Origin: Macrostomum lignano
Lineage: Eukaryota
Length of the DNA: 64,000 bases
Direction: 5' to 3'
Assembly: GCA_002269645.1 (NCBI GenBank)
Contig: NIVC01000065.1
Coordinates: 124,001-188,000 of the forward strand
In this document: positions 24,433-36,951 of the stretch, in pieces
Layout: every line of letters begins with the position of its first letter
Numbering within the stretch: position 1 is the stretch's first letter
Notes under the pieces: generated by a model
What the model was told of the DNA's origin: nothing
The model's input: only the letters and a program-made list of their open reading frames with translations
The model's database searches: none
Translations under genes and position numbers: made by a program

Positions 24433-25655
24433 ATGGCAAGCAATTGCAAGCAGCTGTTCTTCTTGGCAGTTCTGGCCGTAGGCATCTCCGCCGCCGTCTG
24501 CGACATGGGCTCTGAGGATGGCGGTGAGCACTATTGAGGCATTACATGTAGTTCGCATCGGCGTCGTTTAAAAGTCTGAGGACAATTGTTGTTACAGACA
24601 TCCTTTGCTCTGTAACTACATGTATTGGTAATTGGTGGTCAATGGCTTTGTTGGTCAATATTAGTATTAGCTTAGCTACTTTCAGATTTTTACCTAATCT
24701 TCAAGCTTCCCCATTTAGCAATGTGGAAGTTCGACGGCGTTAACAATTGCCCATTCTCCTGCACCTTCCCAGCAGTGATGGCCATGCCCTTCTCTACGGT
24801 TGCGACCGTTCGCAACCAGCTGTTGAACTATGTGAACGCGCGCCAGATCTCAGCCCCGGCTAATGTGTTCTGCAGCAACTGCCTCATCAGGGCCTGGAGT
24901 CGCCGGAACAAGTCCAACAGGATGATTAGCTTCCACATCAACAACCTGAACTCCGCTATCCAGCCCTACCCGAAAGTGGTGCAGGACAAGCTGAGGGCTC
25001 TGGCATTCGCCGCCACCACCAGCTTTGAGAACTTCAAGTAACTAACATTCTTCGATCATTTTTATTATTAATATTACCGATATTGGATATGCAAAGAAAG
25101 GCCAATCGCTGAAGGTTAAGCAAATTTGGCCCTGGTTAGTACTTGGTTGAATAGGTTTTTGCTTGTTCCTTAAAACAGCAAGTTTTCACTGTCTCTGTGG
25201 TGAATTTAGCAATCTGTGCAGTTCCAGTGGCTGTTGTACCGTTGACTTCCACTCCTGGTTACCTGGTCCAAGTGTTTACAAGATAGAAATTATAGCTCGT
25301 ACCCAATGAAAGTTACTCAAAAGTACTGTTTGTCCCATTTCTTTGGGTTAATTTTAGCGTCGAGATCCAGAACTCCTACGCTGTCAAGACGGCCTACATC
25401 GGAGCTGCCCGAAAAGTCAACAACATCGTCGACGTTGCCATCCTGGACGTGGACATTGCGGCTAGCCTGGTGCAGAAGTACATCACATTGAGCAGGCGAG
25501 AGTGCAAGAAGACCCTGTTCTGGAAGAAGTGCAAGACTGTTTACTGGAACGAGCCGAGGGGCTATTACGCTAACGAGATCAACGGCATGGTCACCATGCT
25601 GCAGCACGAGGCCTTCAAGATGTTCAAGGAGATCGTCATGTCCATGTCGGGCTAA
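24433..25655 (+). CDS. Uncharacterised secreted protein, paralog A (3 exons, 216 aa)
   Basis: Exons 24433-24523, 24776-25037 (alternative AG gives start 24773), 25358-25655; GT-AG with phases 1 and 2; signal peptide MASNCKQLFFLAVLAVGISAAVC; exon structure identical in paralog B; TATA box at 24337. Confidence 0.85.
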
Positions 25656-25972
25656 TAAGCTATAAGGACTCCATATGAGAAATCTACAGAGATAATGGGA
25701 TGTTGTGTTGGACCCTGCCAAGTCTTACATTCAAATATAATGCACGGCAGTTGAGATACTGCGGTTCGTGTATCGTCGAGTTTGAATAGTGAACCAAGAA
25801 GGCAAACTGCAATAACTTAAGCAAATTTGCAAGAGTTTTGATTTTAACTTTCTACAATACTTCTGTATGGTTTGCTTCCATGTCAAATACTTTTGTCAAT
25901 AAGTCATGCGCTCGCGAATATGGGACAGGTTATTTGAATTATAACAATTAATTTTAATACTCTCGCATTTAT

Positions 25973-26185
25973 AACTCTCCAGTACTTATTCTACCAATAA
26001 TCTCTCCAGTACTTATTCTACCAATAATCTCTCCAGTACTTATTCTTCCAATAATCTCTCCAGTACTTATTCTTCCAATAATCTCTCCAGTACTTATTCT
26101 ACCAATAATCTCTCCAGTACTTATTCTACCAATAATCTCTCCAGTACTTATTCTACCAATACGCTCTCCAGTACTTATTCTACGA
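25973..26185. repeat. 27-bp minisatellite
   Basis: Unit CTCTCCAGTACTTATTCTACCAATAAT, about 8 copies. Confidence 0.9.
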
Positions 26186-26485
26186 GCCTACTAAACGCTT
26201 TCAGTGAGTTCAGTTATAAAGATTATCAAAGCAACCAGCTGGAGAGGTGCACAACCATGCACTTATTCAAGTCAGCTATCAGCTGTCTTGAGGTGACCTT
26301 AGAATTAGTCACAATTAAATTCGCGAGTCATTTTCAGGTCATGATTTAAGTGAAGTTCCAGAAATATTGTGAAAATTTCATGTTCTTAAGTGAGAAATGG
26401 CGACTTGAGAAACAAACTGCTGCTGAACAAAATATGCTATAAATTGATTTATGGTACTCACCAGTGTTGGCTTTAAAGCACGTCG

Positions 26486-28491
26486 TTTTTTGGTTCAGTC
26501 TTTTTTGCCGTTTGGCTTTAGTTTCATGTGCATTCGGAAATTATGATAGCGTTTTACTACTTATCAGTATCCACCATTACTCGTAATTACATCCAAAGGA
26601 CTATTCCGCTAAAGTGCCTACAAATGGGCATGAAGAACTCGTCCTTTATTTTTCAGCGCGTGATGGAGAGCATTTTAAAAAGTGCTTGTCCGAAAAGAAT
26701 GTCACAATCAACGAGAACAAATGCGTCGAGGAGTGCTATGAGGTATCTTTCCTTGGATTCCAAATCTCCGCTACGGGTATCCGACCCGACGCCTAGCTGG
26801 TAGAAAAGATCACACGCATTGCTGCAACGCAGAACAAGAAGGAGCTCGTGCAGTTCCTCCAGGCCGCTACATCAGCTTCAAGCCAGGCCGCTACATCAGC
26901 TTCAAGCCAGGCCGCTACATCAGCTTCAAGCCAGGCCGCTACATCAGCTTCAAGCCAGGCCGCTACATCAGCTTCAAGCCAGGCCGCTACATCAGCTTCA
27001 AGCCAGGCCGCTACATCAGCTTCAAGCCAGGCCGCTACATCAGCTTCAAGCCAGGCCGCTACATCAGCTTCAAGCCAGGCCGCTACATCAGCTTCAAGCC
27101 AGGCCGCTACATCAGCTTCAAGCCAGGCCGCTACATCAGCTTCAAGCCAGGCCGCTACATCAGCTTCAAGCCAGGCCGCTACATCAGCTTCAAGCCAGGC
27201 CGCTACATCAGCTTCAAGCCAGGCCGCTACATCAGCTTCAAGCCAGGCCGCTACATCAGCTTCAAGCCAGGCCGCTACATCAGCTTCAAGCCAGGCCGCT
27301 ACATCAGCTTCAAGCCAGGCCGCTACATCAGCTTCAAGCCAGGCCGCTACATCAGCTTCAAGCCAGGCCGCTACATCAGCTTCAAGCCAGGCCGCTACAT
27401 CAGCTTCAAGCCAGGCCGCTACATCAGCTTCAAGCCAGGCCGCTACATCAGCTTCAAGCCAGGCCGCTACATCAGCTTCAAGCCAGGCCGCTACATCAGC
27501 TTCAAGCCAGGCCGCTACATCAGCTTCAAGCCAGGCCGCTACATCAGCTTCAAGCCAGGCCGCTACATCAGCTTCAAGCCAGGCCGCTACATCAGCTTCA
27601 AGAGAGGCCGCTACATCAGCTTCAAGCCAGGCCGCTACATCAGCTTCAAGCCAGGCCGCTACATCAGCTTCAAGCCAGGCCGCTACATCAGTTTCAAACC
27701 AGGCCGCTACATCAGTTTTAAACCAGGCCGCACTCAATGCTTGGAATGCCAAGATTATTAAAGCCGATTTCATCTCATACTTGCAAAGGATCCTCTTACA
27801 TCATCGCATCTCTTCCACATCCCAGGGCAAAAGTCCCACTGAACTGGTATTTGGCAGACAGCTGCGAGTTCCAGTCGCACTCACAATATGAGCAAGGATG
27901 TACCAACCGATCAGCTCGAAACTTCCCAGCCAGGTGGATTTCCTGATGAACCAAGGCCGCAACACCGCTTGAATTGGGTCCTCGACGGTGAATCGCTACG
28001 CCTAGCAAGCACCAACCAGCTTGCCCCATACGAATTACAGGATGAGGATGATGCTGAAAATGCCCCGGCCGCTGACGTCGAGCCACATCATGGACCGGAG
28101 AACGAGACCGCTGCCGGTGATCCACAGGATCCAGAGCCAGTTGGGATTGCGCAACAACTGCGACGTAGCAACCGCCAGAAGTGAGCCCCCTGAGCCCCCT
28201 GACGCTTGCCTGATTCCTGAAGGCGCTCAAGCACTGTGCGAATGTGTTTTAAAGACTTTTAAAGACGACACTCTCCCCAATGCCATACCACAACCCTTCC
28301 CTTTGATGAGTTCTTATTGTTGTCCTTTAGCATATCTTATATCTTGTAATTCACAGCCTTGCTAACAAAGGGTGCATGTTGTAGCCGTAATCAGACTACG
28401 AGCTGCGATTTTTTGGTTCAGTGTATTTTGTCTTTTGGCTTATGTTTTATGTGCGTTCCGAATTTATGCAGCGTTCTACTACTTATCAGTA
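26486..28491 (+). mobile_element. Internally deleted, degenerate Ty3/gypsy LTR retrotransposon
   Basis: RT fragments LQMGMKNSSFIFQRVME and INENKC..VSFLGFQISATGIRPD..KKELVQFL; integrase C-terminal part HHRISSTSQGKSPTELVFGRQLR; tail LRRSNRQK; diverged ~83-bp direct repeats at 26486-26569 and 28409-28491 (probable LTR remnants). Confidence 0.8.
26858..27730 (+). repeat. Near-perfect 21-bp tandem array (~41 copies) inside the gypsy remnant
   Basis: Unit CAGGCCGCTACATCAGCTTCAAGC-type; only one internal variant (27601) and two degenerate terminal units. Confidence 0.97.
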
Positions 28492-29367
28492 GCAAGTAAG
28501 TAAAGTAGCTCTATTTATTCCTACCAAGTTTCTATTTACAGCATATGAATTGACAACTATATATTGCTAACGGACTAACTATTAGTTAAACAATTCTTAA
28601 CCGTCGCCTCCGAAGCAACGAGATTTACCGACCATATTACGTACATATATATTAAATAGAATTATGATCACCAAATGAGTAATGTTCTGTCCATTACCGA
28701 AATCGTTTTCGATTGATAGAATAATTTTTAACAGTAAAATTACTGCATGCTCAATTTCATTAAAGCAGATCTACCTTACTCTGTACTTTGAGGCAAATTA
28801 GTTTGGTAAGGCACGATTAGGCGAAATGTAGTGAAGATACTGCATAGCACTGAAACTTCATGGTTGCTTTCTGTCATGCAAGCTGCATACGAACTTTCAA
28901 CTCGTCTACAGTCGACTAAACACCATGGTTGTCTTATAGATGAACCCCCCCCCAAGTTGAGCTAGTTAAACTCTGACAGAATCAAATACCACTTGTGGTA
29001 GCCATATCATGCCAGTTCAACGTGTTACGCGATTCAAATTCTAATTACAAGAATTAGCTGCTAATTTACAAACGCTGGAAAAAAGTTTTCTTACTCACTT
29101 GACAGCTCCGTTGGCTCGATTCCCACGCAGAAATCGTGTAAATTTGCCACCTGCAGCCGACTGGGAGATAGCGGAGTCGGCAGCCTGGCTGTCGCTTTGT
29201 CAGACAACTGTTGGCCGAATAGGCATTCGATTCCGCTGGGCCCTTTGTTCCTGCAACCGAACTGCGGCCGCTTATCGACTATATATAAATGCCAACTTCA
29301 CTGCAAGCTGAGACAACGCAGCAGACTTTCTGAAAATTCGGCTAATAGCACCCTAGAAACAGTCATT

Positions 29368-30454
29368 ATGGCAAGCAATTGCAAGCAGCTTTTCTTCCTG
29401 GCAGTTCTGGCCGTAGGCATCTGCGCCGCCGTCTGCGACACGGGCTCTGAGGATGGCGGTGAGCACTTTTCAGGCTTGGCTTTGAGCAGAGAAAGGGTTA
29501 ACTTGGGTGCTAATTTTCGATGTAACAGGGCACTGTCGATTTTGCAGACGCATCCTGCTGGTTAATCGATGGAATTAAAGTCTAACTAACTTAGGGGTTT
29601 ATTAATTTATTAGAGCTAGCCTACCTGTTCTAAGGAATGGAATCAATTAGAAACTATCATGAATCTTCCCAACAGTGATGGCCATGCCCTTCTCTACCGC
29701 CGCGACCGTCCGCAACCAGCTGTTGACCTATGTGAACGCGCGCCAGATCTCAGCCCCCGCTAATGTGTTCTGCAGCAACTGCCTCATCAGGGCCTGGAGT
29801 CGCCGGAACAAGTCCAACAGGATGATTAGCTTCCACATCAACAACCTGAACTCTGCTATCCAGCCCTACCCGAAAGTGGTGCAGGACAAGCTGAGGGCTC
29901 TGGCGTTCGCTGCCACCACCAGCTTTGAGAACTTCAAGTAACTACATTGATTGCCTTAATTTACTAGTACGAACGATTACTGAGTTGTGTTGCTCAGAGA
30001 ATGAAGGAAGATTTTCTGTTTATTATGCATTAGGAGCAATGCGTCAGGACTGGGTTGACTGTTCACTGACGACGTATATTCGAAATTTTAACATGCCCGT
30101 TAGAGACTTTGAGACTTGTCTTTAAACTATCCTAATACGCCCACACCAAATCCTAGCGTCCAAGTCCAGAACTCCTACGCCGTCAAGACCGCCTACATCG
30201 GAGCTGCCCGAAAAGTCAACAACATCGTCGACGTTGCCATCCTGGATACGAACATTGTGGCTGCCCTGGTGCCAAAGTACATCACCATGAGCAGGCGACA
30301 GTGCAAGAAGATCCTGTTCTGGAAGAAGTGCAAAACTGTTTATTTCAACGTGCTGAGGGGCTATTACGCTAACGAGATCAACGGCATGGTCACCATGTTG
30401 CAGCACGAGGCCTTCAAGATGTTCAAGGAGATCGTCATGTCTATGCCGGCTTAA
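29368..30454 (+). CDS. Uncharacterised secreted protein, paralog B (3 exons, 216 aa)
   Basis: Exons 29368-29458, 29676-29937, 30157-30454 have the same lengths (91/262/298 nt) as paralog A; introns are diverged while exons are conserved and in frame. Confidence 0.86.
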
Positions 30455-31359
30455 TCTGGAGAATGAATGATTGCGTTGATTATGTTAGATCAATGCTATA
30501 TTTGAAGATTTGAATTCAAATATAATATTTTGAGACAGTGTGCATTAGTGCAAATACAGCAAAATATGCTGGTTGGGAGCAGGCAAATAGCTTGAACTTT
30601 TTCTAAGAGTTTTACTTTTGCTTTAATGAATCTCCTTCGAACAAAATCAGAATCATATTCAAAGGCTTGCACTACACCATTTTACCCTCGATTTTGAACA
30701 AGGAGAACTTCGAAACTGACAAACTCCTCTTCAATATTGACACTCTATGGTCGAGCACTCAAAATCTACAATCAATATTGACAGATCAAGCTTCAATTTT
30801 GACAAACTATGGTTCAATTTTGACTATGCACGTTTAGTCAACTTCTCCTGGGAGAATTCGGTAACAAAGTAATCCAATGAAAGTCTGAACGGGGCTGAAG
30901 TGAGCTGTGCAAAATCAGCTTATTCTGACTTTGCTTTTTGGATCTACAAGTATTGATAAAATTTATTTTTCTCCATCCTTTACACACACAGACTAAAATA
31001 GCATGACTGGTTGGGCTGCAAAGTCCGATTCTACGAGCGTATTTTGACAGAGTTGCTTCAAAACTGACACTCTATGGTTTGTGTACCCAAAAAGTCCGCT
31101 TCATTTTTGACAACTCCGAATCAATATTGAACAGTTTACAATCGATTTTGACTAAGACATTTTTTGAAATAGATTTTGAAAATTTTTACTAAGATTTCTC
31201 TCTTGAGGGGGGGGGGTACTTGCTATTTGGAAGAGGGGGTACTGGCTGCATGGATCTACGAGTACGAGTACATGTATGGGAATCTTTCTATCCAGGGATG
31301 CTTGCTAGAGTCCCTGCTCTCTCAAGGGACTCTAGCAAAAGGCCGGTCATTTAACATCC

Positions 31360-31505
31360 CATCCACCCAGATAGCAAGCATCCTGCAGATAGAAGCATCC
31401 ACCCAGATAGCCAGCATACACCCAGATAGCAAGCATCCACCCAGATAGCCAGCATACACCCAGATAGCAAGCATCCCCCAGATAGCAAGCATCCACCCAG
31501 ATAGC
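31360..31505. repeat. 19-bp minisatellite
   Basis: Unit ATCCACCCAGATAGCAAGC. Confidence 0.88.
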
Positions 31506-31599
31506 AATTGTCTGGATCTCCAAGAATATTCAACCAATTGCCATGAAAATCCAGAACACGGGCTAAAACTTCCACTCTATCCGACAGAGCAACTTCGAG

Positions 31600-32249
31600 A
31601 ATCACGAAAAATCGGCATCGTCGAGATATTCAACGATTCTCCTCGGGGTGTCTGGTGGAAAAAACCACCAACACTGGCAATTTTTTCTGCTCACAAAATC
31701 TCACCATGAAACCACGTCGGCTCAGCAAATTATGCGAATCAGTCGCAGGGACTTTTGCTCTTAGCATCCCAGGCAACAGGGTCCCCTTCATTACCGTCTG
31801 GAGCATCGGCGGCGACCGTCGGGACCTTCAACAAAAGCACCCGATCGGCATCTCAGAGACGGCTGCGTTCCCAAAACTGAAATGGAAGAATCCTCTTCTG
31901 CATGCAGCATCCAGACAGTAGACATAATTGGTAAATGAAATGGACGATGGCGACCGTCTAGGCTGACCTGTAGACATACAGGCGACCTTCGGGACCTTCA
32001 ACGGAGTGCCACCGCGCGGCTTCGACGAGCTGGCACCCCCAACATCGTGATTTTTCTATCAAGGCACCAAACCAGGCATGTCTGCATATTATACAATAGT
32101 CCTGTTTCATGTTCAGCATTCAGCTCTGTCTGGACGACCTTTGGGACCTTCAACGGAGTGCCACCACGCGGCCCCGACGAGCTGGCACCACCAACATCGT
32201 GATTTTTCTATCAAGGCACCAAACCAGGCATATCTGCATATTATACAAT
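31600..32249 (+). mobile_element. Inverted copy of the 5' half of the same piggyBac-like element
   Basis: Reverse complement of 34447-35210, including the 152-bp internal repeat unit; near-identical over 31760-32249. Confidence 0.85.
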
Positions 32250-32254
32250 GCTTT

Positions 32255-33170
32255 TGCACCATGTTAAGCTGGGGAGTTACAGATTCAACTCACGACTGAA
32301 AAATATAAAATTTTTCAAAATTTTTTAAAAAATCATCAACAAGTTCATCTCGGACAAAATCACCAAACAAAAACCTGAGCAATCTTACCACTGAAGAATT
32401 TGAACCCATTCTGCGTCGATCCCCTTCCTCGGACCTCCATCTCTAGCCTTTAAAAACAGAATGCGTAGGTTATTCTTTGCCTCTTTCAATCGTAACATCC
32501 GGGTCGTCTTCCACACGAACAAGATTGGGAACTTTGTTAGCAGACTAAAGTCACGTGTTCCTTGTACTCTGCGTGCAGGTGTTGTCTACCAATTTAACTG
32601 CTCTGTGGACCAGAGCGTCTCCTATGTGGGGAAAACCAAAAGACACCTACACACGAGGATCAGGGAACACTGGCTCAAACCATCTGCTATACAAACTCAC
32701 CTCCTTGAATGCACTAACTGCAAGGACTGCAAACCGGAAGAACACTTTAAAATCATTGACCAAAGCCATACTGACGCCAAACTTAGAATTCTCGAGGCCC
32801 TGCACATAAAAGCTCAGACCCCGAATCTCAACACCCAATTACAACATAGTGGTGCAGGTCACGTTCTCAGCGTTTTCTGAACAGTGAGTGACACAGTCGT
32901 GTACGCTGTGTACACTTAACTTGACGTTCAGTTACTTAAGCTACCGCCCCTGATTCTGCCTTTTGACCACTGGACAAGAATTTTGTACATTTGGTTTAAT
33001 TTTCAATCTCAATCTATAATTTTCTCTCCTACCTACCTATGTATGTTGTTAAAGCCAAGTTGTAATCAATTGTTTTCAATCTTACCCTCCTTACCTGTGT
33101 ACGTTGCAAAAACCAATATTTAATCAATCGTTTTCAATCTCACTTTCTCAAATCGTTCTAATAAAATCCT
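32255..33170 (+). mobile_element. 5'-truncated Penelope-like retroelement (RT thumb remnant + GIY-YIG endonuclease)
   Basis: SIPFLGPPSLAFKNRMRRL..IRVVF then VVYQFNC..SYVGKTKRHLHTRIREH..SAIQTHLLEC..HFKII..LRILEALHIKAQTPNLNTQ (ORF 32461-32880). 3' boundary approximate. Confidence 0.88.
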
Positions 33171-33199
33171 GACTAAAAAATGATATTACAGCAAATTCA

Positions 33200-35371
33200 G
33201 TGCAGAAGGATTTGAACACCGACACAGACACAAAAGCGGAGTCAATTTTCATCGCAGTGTGTCTTCAGCAAATTCCTTCGTCACACAGGCAACACTTCCT
33301 TGTTGTTCTCGTCCTTTGACTTTTGTCTCGCGCATGTTGCACAGCGCTTTCTGCCACCAACTGACACCACAGCCGCCGCTTCACGTGCCTGTTCCTTCAT
33401 TTGTTCGTCGTTGATTTGACAACCTGCAAGCTGGATCATCAGCCGGTGATGATTGGACCGATTCTGAAGAAGAGCGGCCGATTGCGGGCGCTCCTCGATC
33501 AGAGGTTGCAGAAGTTGCGCAGCTGCCTTGCGCTGGAACTCGTTGGGATATTTCGGCGAGGGGCAGAGCTCCGGGTGCGCCAGTCTCCACATAGCAGCGG
33601 CATTCACAGCTGCTATGTTTAATACGCCGCCGGAGAAGATTGCCTTCTCGCATGAGCGGGACTTTCGCTTGCAGTCGGATGTGCGGAACATCCTGTTGCA
33701 GGTGTTCGTGCCACTCTTGGTAGAATTGTAGTACGTGCCTATTGCTACAGACTTGCCATTGGGAAGCAATTGTCTGTCGTGGTGCATGGTGGACAGCAAC
33801 ATCACGTTTCGGCCCGCCTTGGGGCAGTAGGACACACACGTGAGTTCCTCAGAAAACCGGAATTCGCTCGTGTGTGGAGCCATGGTTTTAGTTGAATTCT
33901 CGAGATCGGCTGGTAGGCCACCACGGGTGCGCATCTCTGTTCCAAAAACTGGGAATCCCATTTCTCGGTACAAGTGATTGGCCAGCGCAGGACTCGAGAA
34001 GAATCTGTCACATGTGATGTTGTGTCCTCTGAATGGATCAGCAAAGCGGCAAACGACTTGCTCACCACTCCACACCTCTGAGCCCTTCGGCTCCAAGCAT
34101 CAAATCCCTGTGATGCAAAAGTAGTGGACAGCAGTGTCCTTTGCCAGTGCAGATTTCCGCATTGAACACATAGCGGATGTCCATGTCATTCTGAATCTCT
34201 GGATTCCCAGCCGATGTCAGCAGGAACAGCTTGGCACCATTGCGACGGGCTTCTCCTTCAGAAAGACCGTGAAGTCACAGTTCACACCCCAGTATAGACA
34301 ACCAGAGTTTCGTCGACGCAGAGGTAGGCCCAAAAAGGACAGGATGGCGCAGCTGAATGACAAAGGTGTCGGATGCCGTAGAATTAGTCCGTTGTGGCAG
34401 TCCGCTGACGATGTTCGGCAGTTTCGAATTTTACATCATGCCGGACCATTGTATAACATGCAGACATGCCTGGTCTGGTGTCTTGATAGAAAAATCACGA
34501 TATTGGGGGTGCCAGCTCGTCGGGGCCGCGTGGTGGCACTCCGTTGAAGGTCCCGAAGGTCGTCCAGACAGAGCTGAATGCTGAACATGAAACAGGACCA
34601 TTGTATAATATGCAGACATGCCTGGTGTGGTGCCTTGATAGAAAAATCACGATGTTGGTGGTGCCAGCTCGTCGGCCGCGCGGTGGCACTCCGTTGAAGG
34701 TCCCGAAGGTCGTCCAGACAGAGCTGAATGCTGAACATGAAGCAGGACCATTGTATAATATGCAGACATGCCTGGTTTGGTGCCTTGATAGAAAAATCAC
34801 GATGTTGGTGGTGCCAGCTCGTCGGGGCCGCGTGGTGGCACTCCGTTGAAGGTCCCGAAGGTCGCCTGTAAGTCTACAGGTCAGCCTAGAGGGTCGCCAT
34901 CGTCCATTTCATTTACCAATTATGTCTACTGTCTGGATGCTGCATGCAGAAGAGGATTCTTCCATTTCAGTTTTGGGAACGCAGCCGTCTCTGAGATGCC
35001 GATCGGGTGCTTTTGTTGAAGGTCCCGACGGTCACCGCCGATGCTCCAGACGGTGATGAAGGGGACCTGGTGCCTGGGATGCTGAGAGCAGAGGCCTCTA
35101 CGACAGATGGACCCAGATTATTGAGCCAATATGGGTTATACAGTGTAGTGTTGGTTGCCCTTGCCACCAGTGTCTTCGACAAGAATCGTTGAATATCTCG
35201 ACGATGCTGACGTCGGATGACTTTGAAAGTTAGTTTGTCGGAAAGGGCGAAAAATTTGGATCCATATGGTCGACTTCTACGAAAATCGGTAATTCTGTTG
35301 GCGAGCTATCGTGAAATTTGAAATACACACTCCGTGGTCTTTCCCCATGGGGAAAAATACGTGGACTTTAA
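33200..35371 (-). mobile_element. Degenerate piggyBac-like (PGBD4-type DDE) transposon
   Basis: Frameshifted YLCVDETL (first Asp), NITCDRFFSS (second Asp), YNSTKSGTNTCN (third Asp changed to Asn), C-terminal Cys-rich RKRCATC..CCLC. TTAA at 35368-35371 may mark the 5' end. Confidence 0.85.
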
Positions 35372-35427
35372 CTAATATTAATAATAATAATAATAATAAC
35401 AACAACAATAATAATAATTGATTACTA

Positions 35428-35708
35428 CTGCCCTAATGGGCCAGATGTGCAACCGACAGCTCAGCCGCAGCTATTGCGCGGCGCATCTGAAGGCTGCGTA
35501 CGGCTGTTCAGTCCAAGGACTGGGGTGTCGCCACACACCCTCAATTATCCCAGCTAATGCTGGCACCCATTTTACAGCTGGGTGAACTGAAGCAATGCAG
35601 AGTTAAATGTCCTGCTCAAGGACACAAATTGTTACTGTGGGATCGGGAATCGAACCTCCGACCTTCAGATCGTAAGTCCGACGCTCTTAACCACTAGGCC
35701 ACAATCCC
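35428..35708 (-). mobile_element. Near full-length tRNA-derived SINE with CORE-like central domain and (ATT/GTT)n tail
   Basis: Minus strand: A box TGGCCTAGTGG (35701-35691), B box GGTTCGATTCC (35656-35646), CORE-like TGTGTCCTTGAGCAGGACATTTAAC..CAGCTGTAAATGGG, microsatellite tail at 35372-35420. Confidence 0.8.
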
Positions 35709-36951
35709 CTTACCGTGCACAGGTGCTAAACACATTTCTGCTGTGCTCTGTGCTCTGTCAACGCACAGAGCAGCTTTAAAGAAACAAAATTTATGAGTAA
35801 ATTCATTTCCAAAAAACAGTATAAAGCACATTCCTTCTCAAGTATGGCTCATCATAAAATCATACGGTAGTTTATGAAGCAATACCAACGTGCGGGGCGA
35901 GAACCCCAACGCAGGATACGAGCATGCAACGAAAAATACGTCCTGATTGTCCATTCCATATTTCGCGATGGTTGTGTGCGTAAAGCAAACAAAAGACAGC
36001 ATATCCTGTTGTCTGTTTTTGGTACTTTTCACAGAAATCAAAGTGTCAATGCCATTTGGTTTTTGATGTGCCGCATTGGTTGGCAGAGAATATACACAGA
36101 ATACTGAATCACGCGTTTTGATAAAATGTCCCAGAAAAGAATTGCATTCTACACTAGCTACTCTCATAGTTAAGAAACGTTAAGTAGGCTGAACAAAACT
36201 TTGAAAATAATTTGCGATTTGCTTAAATGCTATTTACAGTAGAATGAACTAATTTATTACTTCTCCTTTCTTGTTTTGTTTCTGTTTTGGCTTATTTTAT
36301 TTGTTTATTACCGCTACATTGAGTCCTACCAGAGCTCCATAAGACGCAGAACACTATTGAACAGAATTGAGATTTTGCATCAATTTTCATCAATTTAATA
36401 CCTACTACTGAGACCGTTCAAAACATCAGTAGGCTGTGCGACTTTTAATTCTTTTCGTAGTAGAAACCATTATTGCGCGTTTTGTGAATATTCTGTGTGG
36501 GAATGGATCAATTTTGCACCAAAAATTCACAAACTAGCTGCTCCATAGATCCCCCTTTTGGCCATAGACGATTAAATGCTAGTCTACGCATTGATTATGT
36601 ATCAGTTGTGTGAGAATCAGACCTTGGACAACACATGGTTATATTTGTTGTATTCAATATCGTCTACAATATTGTTATTTTTTAAGAAAACACAGACATA
36701 TACTCGTAGTAATTGAAAAGCACAAAAACTATTTGAAACCTGTGAATATACAATGCTTGTAACAGTATCCATTGGAATGCTTATTTATAAAATCTAGACT
36801 GATACATGTATTTCGAATTGATTCCATCAAAGGCATTGATTGCTTCTACTACCAAGGATCACTGGCAAAGTAAAGAGTCAAAGCTCCTGCAATTCGATCC
36901 TATGAAATCCTGTTGGCACAGTCCATCGCCAGTCTGAGCCAATATTAATTA

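Noticed and set aside
26793-27891. 300-350-aa ORFs in several frames (QAATSAS / WLEADVAA), resembling antifreeze or mucin proteins
   Set aside because: A 21-bp perfect array inside a decayed gypsy element; being open in several frames is an artefact of the unit.
33100-33250. Hammerhead ribozyme expected near Penelope ends
   Set aside because: No CTGATGA..GAAA core with pairing stems found by eye.
35635-35708. Genuine tRNA gene on the minus strand
   Set aside because: A and B boxes are present but the T-arm is about 3 nt short relative to the acceptor stem, and the sequence continues into a SINE body with a second copy at 23221.
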